A stretch of DNA of 64,000 nucleotides from Klebsormidium nitens. Its lineage: Eukaryota; Plantae; Klebsormidiophyceae. Positions 53,501-64,000 of this stretch are shown piece after piece. Made by a program: the position numbers and the translations under genes. The stretch is from the NCBI GenBank assembly GCA_000708835.1, contig DF236987.1, positions 124,001 through 188,000 on the forward strand, read 5' to 3'. Positions within the stretch are counted from its first letter, which is position 1. Each line of letters opens with the position of its first letter. The notes under the pieces are model-generated. The model saw only the letters and a program-made list of their open reading frames with translations. It did not search any database and was not told the DNA's origin.

Positions 53501-56500
53501 GAAATCTTCTCAGCGCTCAACGCAAGGTCCGGATTTTATCCTCGTGGTAATCTGCCAATGACACGAGCTACCGACATGTAAACCTAAGAGAGCTTCTCGA
53601 TGAAGGGTGTGAGCGAAAGAGCTTTGCCTACAAGAAGATACAGTCACAGTGAATAGGCAACTCGCGTACTGCCGTGAAGCCCTCACCATGTCTCCAGCAG
53701 TTGTCCACGTTGTTGTTGTTGCTCACGTTTTCCTGGCTACTTGTCTAGATACTAGACAAGTAGCCGAAGAGCAAGGTGGCAGAGGTGTGGCTGACAAAAT
53801 GAGGGCCTGCTGACAGCCACCACCAAAGAATGCTTTGAGGGATAAATAGTGGTGCAAAAATCCAACGAAAACGGCACGAACGCATGAGTACCTCCCTCGC
53901 TTTACTCTAGCTTACTGCATAATCATGTCCATTTCTCGCAGATTCCGAAGAATCAAGTGGCGGAGGTTGCCAGCGACATCGGGCCTGAGAACGTCACCAA
54001 AACGCCGACGGGGGACACGTTCGTCAAGGCGGACATGGAAAAGGTGGCTGGTCGCTGATTCTCGCTCCCGTCCTTTTGCTTGTTTCCTTCAACGTGCTCA
54101 GTCTGGTGAAATACGTCTTTCGTGCTTTGCGATTGAAGGCACGTTGCGGCTATGTCAAGGCCATCCATTGTTCGAGGCGTTAATAAAATCTCAATCGTTT
54201 TCGCAACGACTGCGAAAAGAAATACCGAACTTATATGTTCCGCCGAGTCGAATTGATTAAGCCGGAACCGCGAGGCGTCGAAAAGTGAGCTCCGCAACAG
54301 ATCATAAGATCGACAATTGTTGGATTTGTTGCATCTTGCCCCAAAAAAAGTGGAGGCGTTGCGAGGTAGGCGTAAGCCCTGCCTGGTAGCCTCAAATTCC
54401 TAGGATGCTAGAACACTTTGTCGACATGTCTTCTGTTCGTTGCAGGGTATCTTGCCTGAGATCCTGGAGGAGCTTCTGGCCGCGCGGAAACGCGCCAAGG
54501 CTGACCTCAAGCTGGCCAAGGATCCTCTCGAGAAGGCCGTGCTGGATGGACGACAGCTGGCACTCAAGGTGGGGAGAGCTTGTGATGGAAAAGCAGTCTT
54601 CAGTTGAGTTGTACTCATTTTCAAGTCTTTCTATTTGGAGGGCCAACGAGAGCGGTTTGGTTTCGATCCTTTGAGCGACATACTCTCCTGAGCGGCCCGA
54701 GTTTGAGTGAACGTCTTCTGACTGTATGCACGCACCCTGCGCGGAGCGGTAAGCATTGACCTCTTCTGAAGCACAGCCCAGAATTAAATCGCAATAAGCC
54801 CCTACTAAATAGGCTTGTGTAAAAACAGCCGTAAAACTCTCTCGGGCCTCGAAACGCCGGTGCACTCTGATATCGTCAACCTCCCTCTTCGAATCCACAC
54901 ACATGGATACGACGTTTCTGAGATTCCTTTCCATCCATAGAAGCCTAAGCGCTTCTGGTCTCCTCAACGTTTCAAATACTGAACCCATACACATGGTTGC
55001 GTGATGCCAGGTGTCGGCCAACTCGGTGTACGGCTTCACGGGTGCCACGGTTGGAAAGCTGCCGTGCCTGGAAATCTCCTCAAGTACGACGGCATATGGG
55101 CGGCAAATGATCGAACACACCAAGATGCACGTACAGTCCAAGTTCAACATCGCCAACGGATACAAGTTCGACGCTGAGGTATGGCTCTTGGCCGCTATTT
55201 TAATTGATAGGGTCTACTTTTTAGGGTCTAGTGCTCAGGGTTTGGTTCGAATTGCATTGGCGTGAAATTTGGGGTTTAGGATGGAGAACAAAATTGGCCA
55301 ACAAGTACAAGTTCGACGTGGAGGTGAGGACCTTGGCCTCTAAATCTAGGGTTAGAGCTTGATCATGGTTCAAAATTTTGGAGTCTTAGCAACGCCAAAG
55401 TGCACGTGTAGTTCAAGTTCAATATCGTCAACGGGTACAATATCGAGATTGAGGTAAGGACATTCGAGGATCGGTTGGGTTTCCGGCGTGGATTTGTGTA
55501 ACTAAGCCCGCGAAACCAGTCTTTATGCTGAACAAATTCGACAACACTAGAGGGTACAAGTCTGTGGCTTAGATGGGCCTCTAATCGTTGTCAAGGTACA
55601 TGCGGCTCTGTGGACTCGGAATCACGAATTCAAGCACACGTTCACGCAGGTAGAGCTGACGGTCAGTTTCGCCGATTGTACAAGTCCGCTGTAAAGGCAG
55701 GGTTTTGTTGTGGGTCAAAGTTCCTGACAATATGCTCATTTCTCAACACCACCAAGGGGTCCTGTATTTTGAGCAGAGTTCAGATAAAGTGAATTCAGAC
55801 TCAGTGCGTGGGTAGCAAGCTTCTTTTCCTACGCGTCATCAGTCTAGCAGATCTGAGACGCAGCCTTGATTGTAGCTGTGCGCTTGCCAACAGATTCCAG
55901 CACAGGCGTATCAGCAGAAAGCTGCAGATGGAAAAGTTTCTGAGTCAAGTATCCGATCCTCCCCCCGCTTCTAGTTGCCCCGAAGGTTTTCTTTCCACTC
56001 CCTGACGGAAAGTTGACTCGGCTCCTGCCAGGTCATCTACGGAGACACCGACTCGGTAATGATCCGGTTCGGGCCGGATGACGTCAGCATGGCGATGGAG
56101 CTCGGTCGGGAAGCAGCCGGTTACGTCAGCGCCACATTCATCAAGGTGAGCCACGAAGACTTGGCTGCTTGTTTTCTTGACTCTTCGTGCACTGGGCCCT
56201 GCTTTCATGGAAAGAGGTATGTCTGTCATCCCGCTTTTCCGTTGCTTATGACGCTCCCAATCCAGAACGGATTGAATGATCCGAATCATGTAGCGTAAAA
56301 TTCGGATGCTTTTGAATAAAAGTTGCATGAATTGGTTGACCCTCGTGTACAACAGCGCATCAAGCTCGGCACACCAAACCGGAAGGACGTAAAATCATAG
56401 AATATTTGACACGCAGCAGATTGGAGAAGTTCGAAGCTTGGAAGAAAAGTATCGCTTTGCGAATCAATCCATTCTCTTCCCTCTGCCAATGGCCCCGCAG

Positions 56501-59500
56501 TCTTGGTTAACATCGCACTCAAAGTTTTGCATAGACGGGCAACTTTGAAGCGAAAGAAAACGCAGTTGCCAGCGATCCCTCCACTTTTCTGCTTCTTTTC
56601 GAAGCCCATCAAGCTCAAGTTTGAAAGTGTCCGTAGGCGAAATTACATCGCTGATATCACAGCCTACGTTCAAAGTTGAGTATATGAGGAGTTGAAAAGT
56701 CATTGCAGTGACAGGAAATCAACCAGCTTGACGTGAAGACTGAATCTGCTCAGGCCAAAAGTCAAGTTCTTCCCTCTTATCACAGCCCATCAAGCTCGAG
56801 TTCGAGAAGGTCTACTGCCCCTATCTGCTCATTAGCAAGAAGCGGTATGCGGGCCTGCTGTGGACGACTCCAGACAAGTACGACAAAATGGACACCAAGG
56901 GGATTGAGACTGTGCGGCGAGACAATTGCCTGCTGGTTAAGAACCTGGTCACTGAGAGCCTGCACAAGATCTTGATCGACCGAGACGTGCCAGGTGAGGA
57001 GGAATGTGGAGGAAAGTCGTTGGGACCTACACCTACAGTCGTCATTTCGAGCGTTCGGTATTTTGATTATTGGGTCGATGTTGGCTTTTCGAAAATGGAA
57101 AACTGCAAAGTCAGGGGCTCCGGTTCGCTGTGTCAGGGTCCAATGTGACCCTTCTCTTTCGACAGGCGCTGTGCAATTTGTCAAGAACCAAAGCAGCGAC
57201 TTGCTGACAAACAAGGTGGACCTTTCATTCTTAGTAATCACCAGAGGGGTCGGCAGATCCGGATTGCTGGTCTAAGACGCACATGGATCCATTTCCAGGA
57301 CAGCTATGTTCCCCGCCAGTTGACATTGACATATTTACCTGATCCCTTCCGCACTCAAACCTTCAACATGCGCTGTGCACCACTCGAAGCAACCCGCTGA
57401 CGAACAAGATTGGCCTATCGATGCTCTTACTCACGCAATGTCTTGGCTCAAAAGCTTTCTCAAACCCCTGTTTTCGACAGGGGCTGTGCAATAAGTCAAG
57501 AACCAGATTGGCAACTTGCTGACGAACAGGGTCGACCTGTCGCTGCTTCTCAATACAGAAGGGGCTCACCAAATTTGCACAGAAGTACGTGATTCCCCCC
57601 GTCAATCCATCCTGGACCCGGCTGTATTGCCCGCCAATGCACAGTCTTTGCTGACCTTTCCAACTTTGTTTCACAGGCGCCGTGCAATATGTCAAGAACC
57701 AGATCAGCAACCTGCTGACGAACAAGGTCGACCTGTCGCTGCTCGTGATCACGAAAGGGCTCACCAAAACGGCGGAAAAGTATGAGAACAAGTCGGCGCA
57801 CAGCGAACTGGCGGAGCGGATGCGCAAGCGCGACCCCGCGACGGCGCCAAACGTTGGGGACCGAGTACCGTACGTCATCATCAAGGGGGCAAAGGGGGCG
57901 AGGGTAAGCGAGCAATGTTCTTTAGCTTGCTGCGAAGGGGTCGTTTGACAAGGCTTAAAGTGTGTCCCGCATTCGCAGAATGACAGATCCAGGGATGGTG
58001 AATGTAACGAACTCTGTCCAGAACGTCGCCAGTTTCTCCCGTGCACTTCCTTGCTCAGACTGGTTGCAAAAGATTGCTTTTGTGAGGAGATTGCGCTGTG
58101 CACGATACGAGAAGGGCCCCCGAAAAGGAGCGTCGGAATGACAGCTTGAGCTCGAGAAGGCTCCACAATCCGCGTGGGCGTCGGCCTGAAATTTCTTGCT
58201 CCCGAATCTGCCACGAGCATCGAGCATACCTGGTCATTGTGGACCTCAACTCGACATCTGTCCAAACCTGTGAAGCTCCTAATCTCGCTCACCTGCAGCG
58301 TGTTATATCTACGAAACATTAGCGTTTCGCTGTTAAGGACCAGTCCCTAAATCCTGCTGAAACCCGCTAACCTCTGCTAGTCCCTTCTCAACCCTGCTAA
58401 CCTCCTGCTAACACGTGCGAAGCTCTGCTAAACCCGCCGGACCCTGCTAAAGCCGCTGAGCCCTGCACCCTCCGCTGTTGCAGGGCTTCGAAAAGTCGGA
58501 GGACCCGATCTACGTGCTCGAGAACAACATTCCGATCGACGCCCAGCATTACTTGGAGAATCAGCTGAGCAAGGTGAGGCACGCTTTAGCGCTTAACCCA
58601 CTTTGCTAACCTGTGGTTAGCAACTGGGTACAAATCGCTGTCCCCGAGCAGATCACGAGATTGCTAATCCGGCGCACGTTCTCTCTGCACTTCGCTGAGA
58701 ATTTGAGACAAGTAGCTTGTTGTCGAGCGAGGGGAGGAAAACCTTCGCTTTGCAAGTCACCCTTTGCTTATGCTGCGAGCAATCTTCACACTGGGTAGGT
58801 GAAAAAATCTTGTCCAACTTTATTTCGTGGCGAGGAGGACCGTACTGAACCGTCCTTGCTGAATCCTCGAAGTCCAGAGTCCAAGGGCCTGCACCTGCTT
58901 TGCTGGCGCCACAGCTGAGGCACCGCTGCATCCGAAATGAGGACCGTCCTGAAAGCCAACATTCGCTATGAACTTCCCGACGGGTTCTTGACCTGGAGAA
59001 CCCTTGGAGTTCGCTTCAAACTCCCAATCTGTTGCCACTTGAGGCTGCTAACTCCCGCAGCCTCTGCATGACCGAGCCTTTGATGGAGTACGCAGAGCTG
59101 CTTCAGAGGCATCAAATTCAAACCTTTCAACTATAAGCCCAGAAAAGAAAAGGAAGCCTTCAGACTCTGGAGACCCCGACTACTTGATCTCGCCAATGCT
59201 CCGCAGCGTATCGTCAAGCCGATCATGAGAAACCGCACCCCTCCTCGCTCACACTACCCTGGAACTCCAAAAAGCCCAAAACCCTCGAACCTCAAACGCT
59301 TCTAAATCTCATACTCGCCGTTTCTTTGCAGTCGTTGATGCGCATCTTCGAGCCGATCATGAAGAGTAAGGCGCGCAATTTGCTTCAGTGCACGAAACTC
59401 TTCAACCTCTTCAAATCCTTGTGATTCTTAGTATCTCTCAAAATTGTAACGTCATTTCCCTCTGCAGCCATTGCTGCGCATTTTCGAGCCGATCATGAAG

Positions 59501-61844
59501 AACGCGGCGCGGGAGCTGCTCCACGGGGACCACACGCGCGCGGTGTCCATTCTGACGCCGACCGTGGGGGGCATCATGAAGTTCGCCAAGAAGCGGCTCA
59601 GCTGCCTCGGCTGCAAGGCGCCCATAGAGTGAGCAACGTTTCTCGGTCATATTTGGTTAACCGCGTTGCTTTTTACTTGTTCAGTTTGTCGCTACTTACT
59701 AGTTCTCCTTAAAGCATCTGGGGAAGACAGAAAGTCAGAGGCTGCTAAGAAGCGGCTCAGCTTTCTCGGTTGCAAGGCGCCCATAGAGTGAGCAACGTTT
59801 CTTTGTTGTCTGGTGTTGCGATTCTGCTTGTTCGGTTGTAACTTCTTGTTTTCGTTCTTCTCAAGAAAGCGAGCGTTAAGGTTTCGCCAAGAAGCAGCTC
59901 AGCTGTTTCGGCTGCAAAGCGCCTATAGAGTGAGCGAGAACCTTTCGATCTTCTGAATACGCCTTTTCACTTTTGTTCGTTCCTTGCTCCATTTTGTTGC
60001 AAGCAGGAGCAACATGTACTAGCCAAGAACGGGCTCCAGCTGCCTCGCTTGCAGGACGCCTGTAAGGTGGCCACGCTTTCTTTATCGTCTGTTCGCTATT
60101 TGCTTTAGATTGTTTTCCAACTTGCCTTTGCAACCCCGCTTTGATTTCTGAGAGGATTCTGGGCTGCAATTATGCCATGCTGTCTCGTCCCGCAACGGCG
60201 CTCATAGACGCAGCTAGCGAAGCCAAATCCCCATACTCCAAACTCGAATGTATTTTGCGAACCTGAGCCCCTTAGGAGACTTTCACAGCCAACGAGGAGT
60301 TGCTTCGTTGTGGCAGTCTCTGCCGAGCCCCTAACAAGCCAAAACCTCGACATTACACAGTGAAAGTCTGAAATTGGTGGCTCGGACACAGCAGTAAAGC
60401 GAGATTGAATCATGCTGTACGAGTTCGCCTTCTATCCAGAGTTGATGGTCTTGATCCATCTAAATTGCCCGTATCAGGTGGCTCTTCGACCTCGCAATCC
60501 GCTGGAAGCGACCCGCTTTCATCCTGGTCGGTTTAGGAACCGTATCGACTCTTTTGTGCAGCTACAATGCCACAAGTGCATCGATGGAGTTTGGTTTCAC
60601 TACGTCAGCAGGTCGAATCATCGCAGGTCAGTTGATCCTCTCGCTGACACGTGCCGCTTGTCCATTCGCAGAAAGGGTACGGTCTGCGAGCACTGCGGGA
60701 AACGGGAGACGGAGCTGTACCAGAAGAGTGTACATAACGGTGAGAATGCGCTCCGGGCTGTCTGGAACCTGCGCTTGTCTGCTTTGAATCAAAAAATCTC
60801 AAGCCCTCGTTGGTACGTTCTCGAAACCTGCATCGATTGCTTTTGCTGCGGGTAGTACCGTGTTTCAACTGCGCGTTCCGAGTCACCGGACTTGTGCATC
60901 CAAAGCACTGTTGATTCAGCGTGCGAAGTCTGCGAGTTGGATGACGTCTGAAAGTCCAGCCCATTGAAACCCCGTTTTGTCCCTTTTGGGAGACAGAGCT
61001 CCTGACAATTTTATATAATCTGAGTTGTTAGCTACGACTTTTGGAACCACCCATCGCTGGAAGACTACATGACTTGACCTCTTGAACCAACTTTCGTCAC
61101 AAAGGCACAAGATCCGACATGACCATGTGTTTTCCCGTTCCGCTTCAACATCGTTCCGTTCGGCTTTTGTGCAGTGCGGGAGATGGAGGACCTGTTCGGA
61201 CGACTTTGGACGCAGTGCCAACGGTGCCAAGGCAGTTTGCATCAGGACGTCCTCTGCACCAGGTGAGCGCCACGTGTCACTCTCCCAGCAAATTCTCTTG
61301 CCACGTGGCGTTCTTTGGGTCGTTCCTCTTTGTTGTGCTACCAGGCTATATTGGGCTGTGTTCGACATTCCTTGCTACGCGGTTTCCTCTGGCCGTTTTC
61401 AGCAACGTAAGGTTCGTCCAAGAAACAATTTCTGCAACGCAGCCCTCTCTTGGCTCGAAGCTGTTGTTACGGAAGGCTACAGAATATCTGGGCCCCCTTT
61501 ACTCTCTTACTAGGTCAGATCAGGTCATGCTATGCGGCAAAGTTTGTTTGGTATTCTCAGTGACCGTTCCCTTCGATTGGGCTTTGTGTTTCCTCGTTAA
61601 AGCATATTACGCCTGCATACCTGTCGCGTCTGTGTCTTGTGATGCGCGTCTGTGCTGGAAAAGTCTGTACGAATGCGAGTGCTTTTCCCAGGCCAGTAAT
61701 GTTGTTGCAGAGCATCCGTGTACCACTGCCGTCTGATCTTTCGTGTCGGTGTGCAGTCGAGACTGCCCCATCTTCTACCGGCGGAAAAAGGTCCAAAAGG
61801 ACCTAGCAGAAGCGACGACGCAACTATCCCGCTTCGAGTTCTGA
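44564..61844 (+). CDS. POLD1: DNA polymerase delta catalytic subunit, 22 exons, 1099 aa
   Basis: Exons: 44564-44837 (GC donor), 45409-45522, 46013-46119, 46581-46743, 47519-47703, 48374-48526, 49646-49953, 50737-50803, 51363-51521, 52288-52407, 53130-53342, 53942-54043, 54446-54568, 55011-55178, 56032-56145, 56786-56993, 57677-57903, 58484-58573, 59468-59628, 60672-60739, 61175-61262, 61757-61844 (3300 nt, phase-consistent). Motifs: [45 protein letters not shown], CysA (CLGC...CEHC) and CysB (CQRC...C...DCPIFY). Confidence 0.97.
46890..48215 (+). repeat. Echo arrays flanking both ends of POLD1 exon 5
   Basis: Four upstream copies of CAG|GCTTGATTGAGCGCGG (about 46912, 47066, 47209, 47361). 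Four downstream copies of TACCGGCTCAAC...CAGATCGAG|GT (about 47790, 47915, 48040, 48160). Confidence 0.92.
48910..49645 (+). repeat. Echo array of POLD1 exon 7 acceptor plus 5' end
   Basis: About 5 copies resembling CAG|ATCGCCAACCTGGTAACCCTCCAAGG near 48925, 49060, 49181, 49308 and 49503. Confidence 0.88.
59150..60070 (+). repeat. Echo arrays flanking POLD1 exon 19
   Basis: Upstream copies of GAGCCGATCATGAAG at about 59215 and 59345. Downstream copies of AAGAAGCGGCTCAGCTG...GCAAGGCGCCCATAGA|GTGAG at about 59745, 59890 and 60025. Confidence 0.88.
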
Positions 61845-63012
61845 TTAAGCTGTGTTTGGCTGGACGAACTTGTGTTGGGACAGAAAAGAAATGCTCATTC
61901 TCAGGCCGCTCGTGTTCATCGGGGTGTAATTGTTGCCGTTGGGCTGGCCCTTGGTCAATCAGACACACATGAACCCTCTGTCACAGGACTTCAATTCATG
62001 AATGCACGCTCGAGTAAAACGCCACATATGCCTTCTTCGAGGTTCAGCCCATCTTCGAAGCAGCCGGTTTGAGTCCGACCATACTGGTTGATCAGCCCAC
62101 TGATCGTTGGCATCATTCACACATTATCACTTGAGAACCGGGTCGATCTTCATTAAGGTTTCATATTAAGCCGGTTGCACATGCACCGTTCTATCTTATA
62201 TGTTATGCAGATCTTTGTATGTAAAAGGCAGACCTAATGCCCCAACAATGTCGGCCTCTGGCCAGGTTAACAAAGCAATTGTCGATCCACAGGTCCATAC
62301 GTTCGGCCCGGGCTGCAGAATTCAGGAGAAAGCAGATTGCCAAACTGATAATTAATCATGAGCATTTCAGGAAACGGGCAGCACGACAACAAGTGAACGG
62401 ACCATTAGGACACGCATACCGGCCGTACTCGTTGTTCAAAGGACCCCATGTGACAACGCAAAACAGCATGATCGGACTGGTCTCCAGTCACTGGTGATTT
62501 AAACCTAGGCCCGCCTGCCCAGAGCTCTTCGAAGTTCGATCAGGCTTCATACGTAATCATTGTTGAGAGAATCCCGAGTTCGGACAAGCAGATTCGAGAA
62601 GTTACTTTTTGGTCGGAAGGAGGTACGTACCGACATGGGGGCCGCTACTTCGACGCCAGAAGATTTTCAAGGTCTCCGTGACCAGTGGCTATTGATTCGT
62701 ATCGAACACAAGAGTTTTGGCCTGGAAGGCGGGAATACCGCCAGGTAACGTGGACGAAGCCCAGGTCCTTGCGGACGTCATGACGGGCGTCAGCATAGCC
62801 CATGGAACAACATGCAAAGCTGCCATATGCAAAGGAAGCCATTGCCAGCTCCTGAATCCTGCGTTTGTTCACATTTCTCCTGTCTTTCAGGGATAGCTGC
62901 ATTGGAGGGAAAGCCACCATATTGTAGGATCCGACCTTCATTTGGATATCTTGGTGTCAGCTTTCCATTGGATTTCTGCATCGCCGCCACCAACCAATCA
63001 ACAATTTGCAGC

Positions 63013-63782
63013 ATGGCTGGAGAACTGGAGAAGATCACGGTGAAGGGCACCGAGGCCAGCAAGGAGCCAGACTTTCCAGGATATGTGATCGGCGAGAAAG
63101 GTGCACCGGGGTTGGTTGTGCTGCAGGTAGGTGACTCAACAGCCGAATCACCCTAAACAGTGTCTGGCCTCGTTTTCTTTCTCCAGCAAGTTGTTGTCTG
63201 CTTGTCTAAGTTGTACTTTCCGGTTGATGTACTGTGGCCATTTCTGGGAAGGTTGCGGGGAGCAACTCTCTTGGAGAACTTAGTTGTACTTTGCAGCAAG
63301 GTTCTTGTGTCACCAGCTTGCACAATAAGGTAACAATTTGGAGTGCTGCGCTTGAGAATGCCTCGATTGTGGAAAATGCATCGCTGTTGGAATAGGATGG
63401 ATCCCTTCCGTCAACCTACAACGAAGATAACAATCAGGCAGATTAAAAGGGCTACCACATTCTGGAGCACCTAGTATTTGAGCTGATCGATGCAAGTCTA
63501 ACAGGATTTGATGCTTGCAAAGTTGCAATCCTCTGATGAGGGGAATGTATTTACTCAGGCCATGTCCCAACCTATTCACACAAATGAAAGATCGGTACCC
63601 CCCGTCACTTTGACCAAGCAAGTGCTGTAACAATAAAAGTAAAGCCTTTTCCATCACCGCTGTTTGTTGGGATTGCCTGACGGTCGACGCCTGTCTCTGC
63701 AGGAATGGTGGGGAATTGATTATGAGATTAAGAAGCAGGCCAAGATTGTGGCTAGCAAAGGCTTCCGCGTGCTGGTACCAGA
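63013..63782 (+). CDS. Dienelactone hydrolase family protein (alpha/beta hydrolase), partial, runs off the window
   Basis: Exons 63013-63126 (MAGELEKITVKGTEASKEPDFPGYVIGEKGAPGLVVLQ) and 63703-63782 (EWWGIDYEIKKQAKIVASKGFRVLVP). VVLQEWWG and GFRVLVPD are family-typical. The true start may lie further upstream. Confidence 0.8.
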
Positions 63783-64000
63783 GTAAGTTTTCTTCCCTTA
63801 GGACAGTGTTTATTTCATGGATGTTGTGCGGGCGCCTGTGCAACTTTGATCCATGGCACTTGAACAAGCTATGGCAGATTGCTTCGCTCGACAGTGCGCC
63901 CCACCAATGTGAGCCCCAGTGGGGCCACATTATCAGATGGGTCCTTGCTCATGCGAAATGCAGGTTGCGGTCTCGTGAACTTTCTCTGCGACACGTTTCT

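Noticed and set aside
54392-55165. 257-aa minus-strand ORF, and similarly 57363-58319, 49607-50227 and 63310-63930
   Set aside because: These are antisense shadows of POLD1 or hydrolase exons and introns, with no recognisable motifs.

Overview
Intron-rich eukaryotic nuclear DNA with GT-AG and GC-AG introns, GC3-rich exons and one 20-N scaffold gap at 35381-35400. Gene content and style suggest a streptophyte green alga such as Klebsormidium (inference). I assembled five complete spliced genes by hand, checking splice phase at every junction. They are a secreted bacterial-type phytase-like esterase (-, 11 exons, 486 aa), a CYP71-clan-like cytochrome P450 (-, 11 exons, 511 aa), RPS9 (+, 4 exons, 199 aa), a GT69/CAP59-like glycosyltransferase (-, 10 exons with the last less certain, about 862 aa), and DNA polymerase delta catalytic subunit (+, 22 exons, 1099 aa). 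The window also holds tRNA-Gly(UCC), the start of a dienelactone hydrolase gene and two MITE-like inverted-repeat elements. Two things stand out. First, introns in four of the five complete genes carry tandem, progressively diverged copies of the neighbouring exon end plus its splice site (about 20 arrays), and some copies differ from the live exon mostly at synonymous positions. Second, the GT69 enzyme carries a jacalin-like domain on one symmetric phase-0 exon inside its catalytic domain and a bulb-type lectin domain further C-terminal.
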